Positions 49,472 through 59,001 of a stretch of 64,000 nt of DNA are shown in pieces. Under the pieces are notes generated by a model that saw only the letters and a program-made list of their open reading frames with translations, searched no databases and was not told the DNA's origin. The DNA comes from Verrucomicrobiota bacterium (lineage in GTDB: Bacteria; Verrucomicrobiota; Verrucomicrobiia; Limisphaerales; PALSA-1396): contig JACQFP010000027.1 in the NCBI GenBank assembly GCA_016200005.1, positions 1,437-65,436 of the forward strand, given 5' to 3'. The number at the start of each line of letters is the position of its first letter. The stretch's first letter is position 1. The position numbers and the translations under genes were made by a program.

Positions 49472-50335
49472 ATGGCAAAACATCGCATCGGTATCATCGG
49501 CGGCAGCGGGCTTTACAACATCGAGGGCTTCACGAACCAGAAATGGGTGAAGCTCAAAACTCCATTTGGTGCGCCGTCGGATGAGTTTCTCACCGGCACG
49601 CTTGGCGGACGCGAAGTTGTTTTCCTCCCACGCCATGCTCGCGGCCATCGCATCCTGCCGAGCGAGTTGAATCACCGCGCCAACATCTGGGCGATGAAGC
49701 AGCTCGGCGTCGCCTGGATCATCAGCGTCAGTGCCGTCGGGTCGCTCCAGAAGAAATACAAGCCATGCGACATCGTGCTCATTGACCAGTTCCTCGACCG
49801 AACCAAGCGCGATTTCGAACACACGTTCTTCGGACGCGGTATCGTCGGGCACATCGCTTTCGCCGACCCGATCTGCGAGGAATTGCGGCAGTTGCTCCTG
49901 AAATCCGCTCGTGCCCAGAAGGCCCGTGTCCACGACGGCGGCACGTACGTGAACATGGAAGGCCCGGCCTTCAGCACTCGCGCTGAATCCATCACCAACC
50001 ACAAGCTGGGCTACGACGTCATCGGCATGACGAACCTCGGCGAGGCCAAGTGCGCCCGCGAAGCCGAGATCGCCTACGCCACGATGGCAATGATCACCGA
50101 TTACGATTGCTGGAAGGTGGACGAAGCACACGTGACCGTGGAAATGGTCATCGCCAATCTGATGCGCAACGCCGCCACCGCCAAGGCCATCGTGTTGGAC
50201 GTCATCCCACGAATTCCGCAGAAACCCACCTGGCCCTGTCACGAGGCGCTCCATAACGCCATCCTGACTGACAAGAAGCTCTGGCCGGCAAAAACGAAGA
50301 ATGAACTTGCGCCGCTGTTGAGGAAATATCTCTGA
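49472..50335 (+). CDS. mtnP: S-methyl-5'-thioadenosine phosphorylase
   Basis: PNP/MTAP motifs (IGIIGGSGLY, HRANIWAMKQLGV, MTNLGEAKCAREAE). Confidence 0.85.
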   Translation: MAKHRIGIIGGSGLYNIEGFTNQKWVKLKTPFGAPSDEFLTGTLGGREVVFLPRHARGHRILPSELNHRANIWAMKQLGVAWIISVSAVGSLQKKYKPCDIVLIDQFLDRTKRDFEHTFFGRGIVGHIAFADPICEELRQLLLKSARAQKARVHDGGTYVNMEGPAFSTRAESITNHKLGYDVIGMTNLGEAKCAREAEIAYATMAMITDYDCWKVDEAHVTVEMVIANLMRNAATAKAIVLDVIPRIPQKPTWPCHEALHNAILTDKKLWPAKTKNELAPLLRKYL

Positions 50336-50431
50336 AACACCAATCCATGCTTCTTAGCGTTAATCGCTCTTCTCACCCGACAACTCCATTCGGACATTGA
50401 ACCCGCTGGGAATTCCTCTACACTGGCGGAC

Positions 50432-50656
50432 ATGGGCAAAACCAAAATCCCTGCGACCGGCGAAGGTTATCTCGGCGAAATCATGGTCCATCGACTTTCC
50501 CGCACGACGGGCGTGGTGGAAAACGTAATCGAAGCCAACGCCGGGTGGCCGCCGCAAATCACGTTGAAGCTCAAGGACGGTTCCGTAAAAAAGGGCAAGC
50601 TCAGCGATTTCCGCGAGCCAAGCAACACCGAGCGGGCAAGCTTCTCCGCCGCTTGA
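50432..50656 (+). CDS. Possible small hypothetical protein (74 aa)
   Basis: ORF only; region also carries overlapping minus-strand frames, so coding status uncertain. Confidence 0.2.
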   Translation: MGKTKIPATGEGYLGEIMVHRLSRTTGVVENVIEANAGWPPQITLKLKDGSVKKGKLSDFREPSNTERASFSAA

Positions 50657-50943
50657 CGAGTTACCCGTCCGACGTAGAGCCTGGGCGTCTCCCGGGCGGA
50701 ACCAGTTACCGAATGATCGCGCGGCATTGAGCACCCTGCTGGCCAGGTCCGGGCGGCCAGAAGCACGCCTGCTCCCGCACGCTGAGCGCTTCCGATATCA
50801 AAGGATTCAATCCTGCATCAATGCCAGTCAGGGCCATAATCCGCAGGGAATCTGCAAAGTCGGCGGGATGCAGACCGGCGGTCTCATCGCCCGCGAGCGC
50901 GCGATGATTGGCGTCTATGATGGCTTCAAAAAGGCGCATTACG

Positions 50944-51363
50944 TCAATGGCGCAACAACGCAGTAAAACCTGCCTGTTCAAAATGCTGGTCGGACGTGAG
51001 CGCGTCCGACAATCTGCGTTCCTTCATCACGACAAATGAAATGCAATCCGTCCAACTCCATTCTTTATCGATCCGCTCGCGAAACAAACTCCAACCTTGG
51101 GCTGCGATCTCCTCCGTCACCGGCACTATTTCCACCCGCGTGGAATTCTGAAGCGAATCAATCAACCGGATGGCGTCGCGCCTTACTCTGGTCTTTGCGA
51201 GCGCACTGCCAACCTCCAGCAACACGGCCCGTGTTGTCACCACCCCAATCTTCCCATGCTCGACCGAGACCGCCAATTCCGTCGCCCGGCGGTGATGTCC
51301 ATCGTTCGCTTGGGCCAGCGCAATCACGTAGGAGGAATCGAGGAAGAAAGGATTACCAGGCAT
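50944..51363 (-). CDS. vapC: PIN-domain toxin (VapC family; start MPGNPFFLDSSY)
   Basis: PFFLDSSYVIALAQANDGHH PIN N-terminal motif and downstream acidic residues; overlaps upstream antitoxin. Confidence 0.65.
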   Translation of the reverse strand: MPGNPFFLDSSYVIALAQANDGHHRRATELAVSVEHGKIGVVTTRAVLLEVGSALAKTRVRRDAIRLIDSLQNSTRVEIVPVTEEIAAQGWSLFRERIDKEWSWTDCISFVVMKERRLSDALTSDQHFEQAGFTALLRH

Positions 51364-51583
51364 TCTTTTTATCTCCGTAGAGATAGTCGTCGAGATGCTC
51401 CGACAAGTCAGGCGGCCCATCCAAGTTCATTGACATGGCGATTTTCATCCACTCATAAGGCTCGCCGGTCTTTTTAACTTCCGTTGCCGATGCGCTGAGC
51501 GACTCGACGTAATGCAGCACTTCCTCCTGCTTCTTCGGCGGGAGCGCGGCGACTTTTTCCCGAATGGCTTCCGTGGTGCTCAT
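51353..51583 (-). CDS. Type II antitoxin (DUF2281-like small acidic protein)
   Basis: 76-aa ORF overlapping the vapC start; MSTTEAIREKVAALPPKKQEEVLHYVESL pattern. Confidence 0.5.
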   Translation of the reverse strand: MSTTEAIREKVAALPPKKQEEVLHYVESLSASATEVKKTGEPYEWMKIAMSMNLDGPPDLSEHLDDYLYGDKKNAW

Positions 51584-51684
51584 AAACTTCGGCCACAGGT
51601 TACCTCCGACAACCTGAAATAGCCAGCGCAGCGTTGATTGGTGTCAATGATGGCTTCAAAGAGGCGCATGAACCTATCAAAGAA

Positions 51685-52215
51685 TTAAGGCCATTTCCGC
51701 GAGTCCTTGGCAGAACGAACAAAAACCTTATGGCTGATATATTCAGATTCAGATCTGTCCGCTTGTGTTCGAAGCCGAAAGGCGTGAACGGCCCCAGCGG
51801 GCAACTCTTCGCTTACTCGGCTTTCGGTCCGTGTGTCAATAAGGTTTCCCCCTCGGTCGAAGTATTGAACTTCTAACTGAACGTCCTTCCAACCGTAAGG
51901 ACTGTCGTTTCGGAGTGTTCCGATTGTTGAAATGAAGTTGCCGTTGGTAGAGGTACTAAAATGGATCTTTGAATCCACCACCACGAGTTGGTTTTGGTAA
52001 ATCCTGAAGTCTCGACCATGCCCGAAAAGACTTTCCAACCAAAACAGCCCGCCAAAGATCATCAGCAAGAGCGGTAGGAAAGCCAGCCACATCTGTAGTG
52101 TTGGCGTTAGTAACGGCCGACGTTGCACATGGCGACAATGAGGACAAACCTTGGCTGCAGCGCGAATCACTTCTGCGCACATCGGACAGATTTTAGTTTC
52201 TAGCTGCAAGTCCAT
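51685..52215 (-). CDS. Hypothetical zinc-ribbon membrane protein (176 aa) in lower-GC segment
   Basis: CPMC...CPHC zinc-ribbon at N-terminus, one TM helix, beta-rich C-terminal domain; adjacent to TA cassette 2. Confidence 0.45.
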   Translation of the reverse strand: MDLQLETKICPMCAEVIRAAAKVCPHCRHVQRRPLLTPTLQMWLAFLPLLLMIFGGLFWLESLFGHGRDFRIYQNQLVVVDSKIHFSTSTNGNFISTIGTLRNDSPYGWKDVQLEVQYFDRGGNLIDTRTESRVSEELPAGAVHAFRLRTQADRSESEYISHKVFVRSAKDSRKWP

Positions 52216-52270
52216 ACACTGAGAGTACCGTCACACTCGCGCTGGTCGAATCGGAGAGTTCAGCTCGCCT

Positions 52271-52507
52271 CTAGGTTGTGACCGCGTCGCTCTTTTTTGG
52301 TCTCCCAACAAAGAAATAAATCAACGCGCCCAAAAAATGCGTGAAGATGATGACCACCACCCAGATCAGTTTCTCCATGTCTCGCAAACCTTTGTTCGTC
52401 AACGCATGAATCAACATCCAGATCCAAAAAATGGTGGTGAGCAAACCAATCACAAATATCGGAAACAATAGCAGCAATTCCCATCCACCCATGAATCCCG
52501 CAATCAT
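52271..52507 (-). CDS. PLDc_N-domain small membrane protein
   Basis: 78 aa, two TM helices with WIWMLIHALTNKGLRD...KLIWVVVIIF pattern typical of PLD-nuclease N-terminal domain proteins. Confidence 0.55.
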   Translation of the reverse strand: MIAGFMGGWELLLLFPIFVIGLLTTIFWIWMLIHALTNKGLRDMEKLIWVVVIIFTHFLGALIYFFVGRPKKSDAVTT

Positions 52508-52528
52508 ATTATTCCTTTCGTTTAGAGT

Positions 52529-54064
52529 TTATTCGTCGCTCTTCTCACCCTTCCCCATGGCCTTCCTGAGCGCGGGGACTTGCTCCAACAGCTTTTCAAA
52601 TTTCACACCGGTCAAGCTCTCCAGCACCGGTGGCAATTGGCTGATGATCGTGGTCACGTCGCCGGTCAGCTTGCTCGCGCCACCGCCAGGGCCGGGGCCG
52701 GCATTGATGATGACCATCTTCTCCGTCTTCGACAGCGGTTCGCTGATCCGACCCGCGACCTCCGGCAGCACGCGCACAATCATCTCGATGACCGCCGCTT
52801 CGTTGTATTGCTTGAACGATTCCGCTTTGACACGCATGGCTTCGCCGGTTGCCTTGCCTTGCGCTTCGATGACGGCAGCCTCAGCCAAGCCGCGCGCCTT
52901 GTTCGCGTCGGCTTCCGCAATGCCGGTCGCTTTGACCACGTCGGCGCTTGCAAAACCCGTGGCCTTCGTCGCCGATGCCGCGCCAGCCGCCTCGGTTTCG
53001 AGTTGGAATTTCCGCGCGTTGGCCAGCGTCTCGACTTTGTAACGTTCCGCATCGGCGGGTTTTTGCACCATCGCTTCGAGCTCGCGTTGTTTGCGGAGGA
53101 TTTCCTGTTGTTGCAACTCGATTTGCTTTTGCTTCTCGATGATCTGTACCTGCACCTCTTCCGCCTTGACGAGCTGGCCGGTCTTGAACTTCTGCAAATC
53201 ATACGCAAGGTCGGCTTGCGCCTTTTGCACGTTCACCGTCGCCTGATATTGCGCCACGTTCGATTGATAATCGCGTTGCGCTTCGGCAATTTTGGTATCC
53301 GCCAGAAACTTGGCTTCCTGCCCGGCCTGCGCCGCCTGGGCTGAACGGATCATGGAATCACGGTCCGCCTCAGCCTGACCAATCTGGGCGTCGCGTTTGA
53401 CCTGGGCGATGCGCGGTTTGCCGAGCGCTTCGAGATAGCCCTGCGTGTCGCGGATGTCGCGAATCGTGAAGCTGACAATGCCAAGACCCATGTTGGCCAT
53501 GTCGCCGGCGGCGACTTCCTGGACCTTGGAGGCGAAGGCGTCGCGGTTCTGGTAAATCTCCTCGACGGTCATCGTGCCGAGAATCGCGCGCAAATGGCCT
53601 TCGAGCGTTTGCATGGCGATGTTCTTGATCTCCTCAACACCCTTGCTGAGAAATTGCTCGGCCGCGGTGGCGATGGAAATGTCATCGCCCTTGACCTTGA
53701 TCTGCGCCACTCCATCGACTTTCACAGGCACGCCCTTGCTCGTATAAACTTCCGGCGTTTGCACATCGATGGTCAGCAGTTCCAGTGAAAGGATGTCCAC
53801 CTTCTCAATGACCGGGACCACAAACGTGCCGCCGCCTTTGACGATACGGAAACCGCGCACGCTTACCGTACCGTCCGGATCGGTGAACTTGTGTTTGCGC
53901 CCGGAGACAACGAGGACTTCGTTCGGGCCGACCTTCGTGTAGCGGCTGGCCCAGACCATGATGAAAATGAAAATGACAATGACGATGCCGACGATGGCAA
54001 CTGCGGCGACGCCCCAGCCACCGGGGATGTTGAGTTGAGCGAGTAGCGGAAGTGTATTCATCAT
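52529..54064 (-). CDS. Flotillin-family SPFH/band-7 protein
   Basis: N-terminal TM, SPFH domain, long A/E/Q-rich coiled coil; 511 aa. Confidence 0.8.
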   Translation of the reverse strand: MMNTLPLLAQLNIPGGWGVAAVAIVGIVIVIFIFIMVWASRYTKVGPNEVLVVSGRKHKFTDPDGTVSVRGFRIVKGGGTFVVPVIEKVDILSLELLTIDVQTPEVYTSKGVPVKVDGVAQIKVKGDDISIATAAEQFLSKGVEEIKNIAMQTLEGHLRAILGTMTVEEIYQNRDAFASKVQEVAAGDMANMGLGIVSFTIRDIRDTQGYLEALGKPRIAQVKRDAQIGQAEADRDSMIRSAQAAQAGQEAKFLADTKIAEAQRDYQSNVAQYQATVNVQKAQADLAYDLQKFKTGQLVKAEEVQVQIIEKQKQIELQQQEILRKQRELEAMVQKPADAERYKVETLANARKFQLETEAAGAASATKATGFASADVVKATGIAEADANKARGLAEAAVIEAQGKATGEAMRVKAESFKQYNEAAVIEMIVRVLPEVAGRISEPLSKTEKMVIINAGPGPGGGASKLTGDVTTIISQLPPVLESLTGVKFEKLLEQVPALRKAMGKGEKSDE

Positions 54065-54108
54065 GATTTAGAGTTGAAGGTTCAGGGTTGTGAGTTGAAA
54101 CAAATCCA

Positions 54109-54678
54109 TCAGGCGACCGTCACATAAAATTGTGTGCCTACAATGCGGCTGATTTTGACGACTTTGCCATTGGGGACAGCGTTGCCGCTTTCGGTTCGGG
54201 CGGGGGCGGTGTACCGGCTCCCACTCTGGATGTAGGCGATTTCCCCCACGCCATTTTGCGGAATGGGCGAAATAATGGTCGCATCAAGTCCGACCAAAGT
54301 GGCCACGCGCGACTCACTGCTGCTCTGAGTTTTGCTGAACACCGCGCGAAACAACCAAAACACCGCAAGCGCAATTCCGAAACCGCCGAGCGTCGCGAGC
54401 GGCGCGCTGATCCACGGACTCTGGGTCGCGCCAAACTTGGAGAAGATCATACCGAAACCGCCAAATGCGGTGATGAACGCTGCAATCGTCGTCGGGCTGA
54501 TCGGTGAAAAGCCTGGCATGTCCTGGCTGTCAAAGCCCGCCTCGGCGTGACCCTCCGCGCCACCGCCCATATCCGCGTGGACATCATGCCCGCCAAACGC
54601 GTGACCCACGAAAGCGCTAACGATGGTAAACAGCAACCCGACGCCGAAACAGATGAGGTAGATGAAGAAAAGGTCCAT
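54109..54678 (-). CDS. NfeD-family membrane protein (flotillin-associated)
   Basis: Multiple TM helices plus C-terminal OB-fold-like domain; immediately upstream of flotillin. Confidence 0.7.
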   Translation of the reverse strand: MDLFFIYLICFGVGLLFTIVSAFVGHAFGGHDVHADMGGGAEGHAEAGFDSQDMPGFSPISPTTIAAFITAFGGFGMIFSKFGATQSPWISAPLATLGGFGIALAVFWLFRAVFSKTQSSSESRVATLVGLDATIISPIPQNGVGEIAYIQSGSRYTAPARTESGNAVPNGKVVKISRIVGTQFYVTVA

Positions 54679-55008
54679 AAGTTCTCCGGTGTTAGTTGCT
54701 CGTTAGTTAAAAGACATCCGCCAAGTCTAGCAAGCCCGAAAGCGCGTCCAGGCCGTCAAACAACAACTCCACAACGCCGCAGCCGACGTCCCACCACCAA
54801 GATAGTTGTGAACCTCCGGAGTGATCTGAATACAATTTGGATGTTGCCCGACGGTTCATACTTCACGAGTAGCAAACTACATCCGCGCGCGGGTTTCATT
54901 TATAATTTGGCCGTGTGTTTGTAGCAGTTGAACAACACGCAATAGTTACTGGAGGCGATCAACAAGCATTCTGTTGACAGGCCAAATGCCTGTTCTACCC
55001 TCGCGCTC

Positions 55009-55491
55009 ATGCAATCCCATGAACTCCTGCGCGAAGTTTTTCAACAGTGCAGCGCCAAACAGGTTGCCGCCGACCTGGGCCTTTCGCTCTCGATGATTTA
55101 CAAATGGGCCGAGCCGGACGAGAGCGGCGGCAGCGGCACGGCCAACCCGCTTGACCGCATCGAGGCGCTGCTGCGTTCCTGCAACGATCAGCGGATTGTG
55201 CAGTGGATTTGCCAGCGGGCTGGCGGTTTTTTCATCGTGAATCCCAAGACCGGTCGGCCGCACGCCACGTTCCTGATTCCCGCCACGAACAAGATCGTTC
55301 AGGAATTCGCGGATTTGCTGGCCGTGATCGCCGCCGCCGCCTCGGACAATGAGATCAACAACAGTGAAGCCGAAAAAATCCGCGCACGCTGGGAGGACTT
55401 GAAAACCGTGACGGAAGGATTTGTTGTTTGCTGCGAACAGGGAAACTTCGCGCCGCTGCGGGAAAAACAACCGTCGCTTAACTCAAGGTAA
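55009..55491 (+). CDS. HTH-containing hypothetical regulator (phage CII-like)
   Basis: Predicted HTH (SAKQVAADLGLSLSMIYKWAE); loose resemblance to phage 186 CII-family regulators. Confidence 0.35.
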   Translation: MQSHELLREVFQQCSAKQVAADLGLSLSMIYKWAEPDESGGSGTANPLDRIEALLRSCNDQRIVQWICQRAGGFFIVNPKTGRPHATFLIPATNKIVQEFADLLAVIAAAASDNEINNSEAEKIRARWEDLKTVTEGFVVCCEQGNFAPLREKQPSLNSR

Positions 55492-55511
55492 GAGCTTCGG
55501 ACGCGGACGCC

Positions 55512-56051
55512 ATGCGACGGTTTCATGCGAGAACATTTTTCGCGGGGTTAATCTTGTGCCTGGTCGCCTTCACCGCCTGTGTCACCGGCCCGTCCATCGA
55601 TCCCCAAAGGTTGAAAGGCATCGTGCTCGACGACACTCAAGGAGAAAGGAGAGGCCCGTGGGTTGAGGTTTCCACAAACGATGTCCGACATCTCGGCGTT
55701 GGCTTTTTGCAAGACAACGATGCGAACAAAGGCGAGGTGAGCCTCGTTTACACACCGGACATTCCTGAAAATGGCGACTACGAAATCATACTGATTTCTC
55801 CGCCGCATGAAAATCGTGCCCGCAATGTCCCTGTCACAATCGCCGTCCAGAACCTTGCCAGGGTCACACTTTCGGTTGACCAACGCACCAAGGCCAACAA
55901 GGGTTTTGCGCGGTTGGGCACGTTCCGATTGCCAAAAGGAAAACTGACCACGGTCACGGTTTCCAACGCGGGCACGAAAGGTTTTGTGGTGGCCGACGGA
56001 ATTCAATTTGTGCCGGTAAAAAAGCGGGGCTTCCAAGGGCAGAAGAAATAA
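55512..56051 (+). CDS. Hypothetical lipoprotein (lipobox LVAFTAC), beta-rich
   Basis: Signal peptide with Cys lipobox; no family recognised with confidence. Confidence 0.45.
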   Translation: MRRFHARTFFAGLILCLVAFTACVTGPSIDPQRLKGIVLDDTQGERRGPWVEVSTNDVRHLGVGFLQDNDANKGEVSLVYTPDIPENGDYEIILISPPHENRARNVPVTIAVQNLARVTLSVDQRTKANKGFARLGTFRLPKGKLTTVTVSNAGTKGFVVADGIQFVPVKKRGFQGQKK

Positions 56052-56119
56052 TCAGCAGATCAAACGGACGACCCAAAGCAGGCGGGTCCTTTGGAAACGA
56101 ACTCCTTCAGCCCACACCG

Positions 56120-57099
56120 CTACCTTCCCTTGTTCACCTGCGCCGCCCAACGCTCGTACTCAGCCAGGCAATCTTCAGGACTGGCAAACTTTTTCCAAAC
56201 CACCCGCGCTTTGAAACCATAGTCCTTGTTCTGCTCGACATTGTGGATGACGTATTGGAAATCCCAGGCCGGGCGTTGCCTCTTCGGCAGTTTGAATTTG
56301 AAAATGCTGAAACGAATTTCGTCTTCCGTAGCGAAGGCTTTGTTGAACATGATGATGAAGACCATGTCGTTCGCGGCGCGTCCGAAGTAAAACGGTTTGG
56401 TATAACGCGGATAATCGTAGCTCCAGAGGTTCAACTTGAAGTTGTGATCGGTGTCGTATTCGAAGTCCGCGGCCTTCTGTTGACGATATGTCCCGCCGCC
56501 ATTCCAGTCCGGATGTCCTTTGGGTCCGTCGGCAGAAATCCATTTCTCCTTCGCATCAGGAGCCTCGACGCCGAGAAAGTGAAGCCGCACGTCCGCCACG
56601 TCGTTCATGTAGTCGGCAAAAAAGAAAATGGCGTAGCCGCGTTTGCCAAAAGCGCTGCTTTTGTGCGGCGTGCACTGGAAATCCACATCGATGTAATGCG
56701 GCGCGGTCACCGTGTACTTCAGCGTGTTCGAGACTTCCCAGGGACAATCCTCGCGCAAGCGTTGCAAAACGGCGGAGCGACCGTCCTTCAGGCGGTAGAG
56801 CGTGTATCTCCCGTGACGCGGCGCGAAGGCGCTGGCCACGAGATGATGTGCTCGAAATTCAAACCCGCGGACGCGCCTGGCGAATCGGGATCATAGGCGT
56901 CGAAGTTCTGTGCGGCGCGGGTGTTGAAAAGGGAATCAACGCCGCTCAGGATTTTGGGCGATTGGGAATTGTCGCGAAAGAGCACTCGCAAATCGCCCTG
57001 GACAATTTCCGCCGTTTCCACTTTCTCGCCGTCAATTTCCACCGCGCCAAGGCGTACAGCCACCAGACTGACAGCAAACAAAAATAGCAGGCGCTTCAT
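56120..57099 (-). pseudogene. Secreted protein of unknown family, copy 1, apparently frameshifted (N-terminal signal-peptide ORF 56788..57099 and C-terminal ORF 56120..56839 in different frames)
   Basis: Two overlapping ORFs that together form one protein; near-identical copy 2 at 57943..58877 has the same arrangement. Confidence 0.5.
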
Positions 57100-57249
57100 G
57101 ATCGTCACAGTCGGTTGGTTGAGTGCGAGTATGAGGACACTCCGGCAAATGTGTCAAGCTGGCGGCCTGCTTTTCAAAAAACCAGCCTCACAACCGTGCA
57201 GATTTTGAGGACGATGAATTCCACAAGTATGAGTTGCAAACCGTTTGAG

Positions 57250-57400
57250 CGATTTGCATTGGGCGGTCTGCTGGCAGGCTTCGCCCAAGGTTTGGAGGAA
57301 GCGCGTGCGGTCGGCATCGTCCTGGAAAATCGGCTCCCACCGATCCCCACGATTCATGACATGATAAGTTGCCCGCGGATATTCCACTCGTAACTTGTGG
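57250..57400 (-). mobile_element. Degraded 5' fragment of a RAYT-like (IS200/COG1943-type) tyrosine transposase gene
   Basis: Translation KLRVEYPRATYHVMNRGDRWEPIFQDDADRTRFLQTL matches the conserved N-terminus of REP-associated tyrosine transposases; HuH/Y catalytic region absent. Confidence 0.5.
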
Positions 57401-57720
57401 GCCACGATTGGGGCGTTGTCGGCGAGGAAGATCGTCAGGAGAACGAGTTGTCGCTCTAACAGGGCTTTCGTCTCCTCTCGGTCTATCACACAAAAAACGG
57501 CACGAAATTCTGGATCATCACCGAAGCAAATCGCGCGGTCACGACCGTGTTGATGCCGGAGGATTATTGATTCACACGGCCTCGTTCTTATGAACGAGGT
57601 CTTTTTTGTTGGATGGGAATCTTGCTGGATACCGATAGTCAGGAAAGTTTGGATTCGTCGAAAGCAAACCTCCACCTCAGCTTATCCCGGTTCACTTCGC
57701 CAAATGAAAATGATTCCCCA

Positions 57721-57930
57721 TCAAACACAACGCATGAACCTGCCAACCCGTCTTCTTGCATACCTCGCCGAGAGTGTCCAGAAAGCGCTCCCGACCTTGT
57801 CGTCTTTGAAAATATCTTCCCGGCGGTCGCCGCGATTCATGACATGATAAATCGCTCCCGAATATTCCACTCGTAACTTGCGCGCCATGGATGGAAAAGT
57901 GAACCGCCCATCAACAGTTGTCAATACCAA
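57721..57930 (-). mobile_element. Second truncated RAYT-like transposase fragment (69 aa)
   Basis: MARKLRVEYSGAIYHVMNRGDRREDIFKDDKVGSAFW...; upstream ~60 nt nearly identical to the region upstream of the first fragment. Confidence 0.5.
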
Positions 57931-57942
57931 GAACCGACCCCT

Positions 57943-58877
57943 TTACAGGCAATCCTCCGGACTGACAAACTTTTTCCACACGACGCGCGCTTTGAAACCA
58001 TAGTCCTTGTTCTCCTCGACCTTGTGAATGACGTATTGAAAATCCCAGGCTGGCCGTTGCTTCTTTGGTAATTTGAATTTGAAAATGCTGAAACGAATTT
58101 CATCCGCGACCACGAAAGATTTGTTGAACATGATGATGAAGACCATGTCGTTGGCGGCGCGTCCGTAATAAAACGGCTTGGTGAAACGTGGATAATCATA
58201 GCTCCAAAGGTTCAGTTTGAAATTGTGGTCCGCGTCGTATTCGAGATCCGCCGCATTCTGTTGACGATACGTTCCGCCGCCGTTCCAGTCCGGATGTCCT
58301 TTCGGGCCGTCGGCGGAAATCCATTGCTCCTTCGCATCAGGGGACTCGACGCCGAGAAAGTGAAGCGGCACGTCCGCCACATCGTTCATGTAATCGGCAA
58401 AAAAGAAAACCGCCCAACCGCGCCCGCCAAACATGCGGCTGTTGTGCGGCGTGCAGCGGAAATCCACATCGATGTAGTGAGGCGCGGTCACCGTGTACTT
58501 CAGCGTGTTCGAGACTTCCCAGGGACAATCCTCGCGCAAGCGTTGCAAAACGGCGGAGCGACCGTCCTTCAGGCGGTAGAGCGTGTATCTCCCGTGACGC
58601 GGCGCGAAGGCGCTGGCCACGTGATGTGCTCGAAATTCAACCCGGCGGACGCGCCCGGCGAATCAGGATCATAAGCGTCAAAAACCTTTGCGGCGCGCGT
58701 GTTGAACAGCGAATCAACGCCGCTCAGAATCCTGGGCGATTGGGAGTTGTCACGAAAGAGCACGCGCAAGTCGCCCTGGACGATTTCCGTTGTCTCCACT
58801 TTCTCGCCGTCAATTTCGACAGCCATCGCGTTTCCAGACATCACTACTGCGAAAAGTGAAAACAGAAGTCGTTTCAT
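57943..58877 (-). pseudogene. Copy 2 of the frameshifted secreted protein (N-terminal ORF 58569..58877, C-terminal ORF 57943..58620)
   Basis: >90% identical to copy 1 at protein level in both ORF segments; same frame break. Confidence 0.5.
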
Positions 58878-59001
58878 GGTGGTTCGTGGGTATTGTTTGG
58901 AGGAAATTATCAAGACGCCCACCAGAGCTGTCAAGTTGCGGGGGATGTTCCAAATGAACTTCACAACGATTACAATTTTGAGGAAACTGGACCTCCGAGT
59001 T

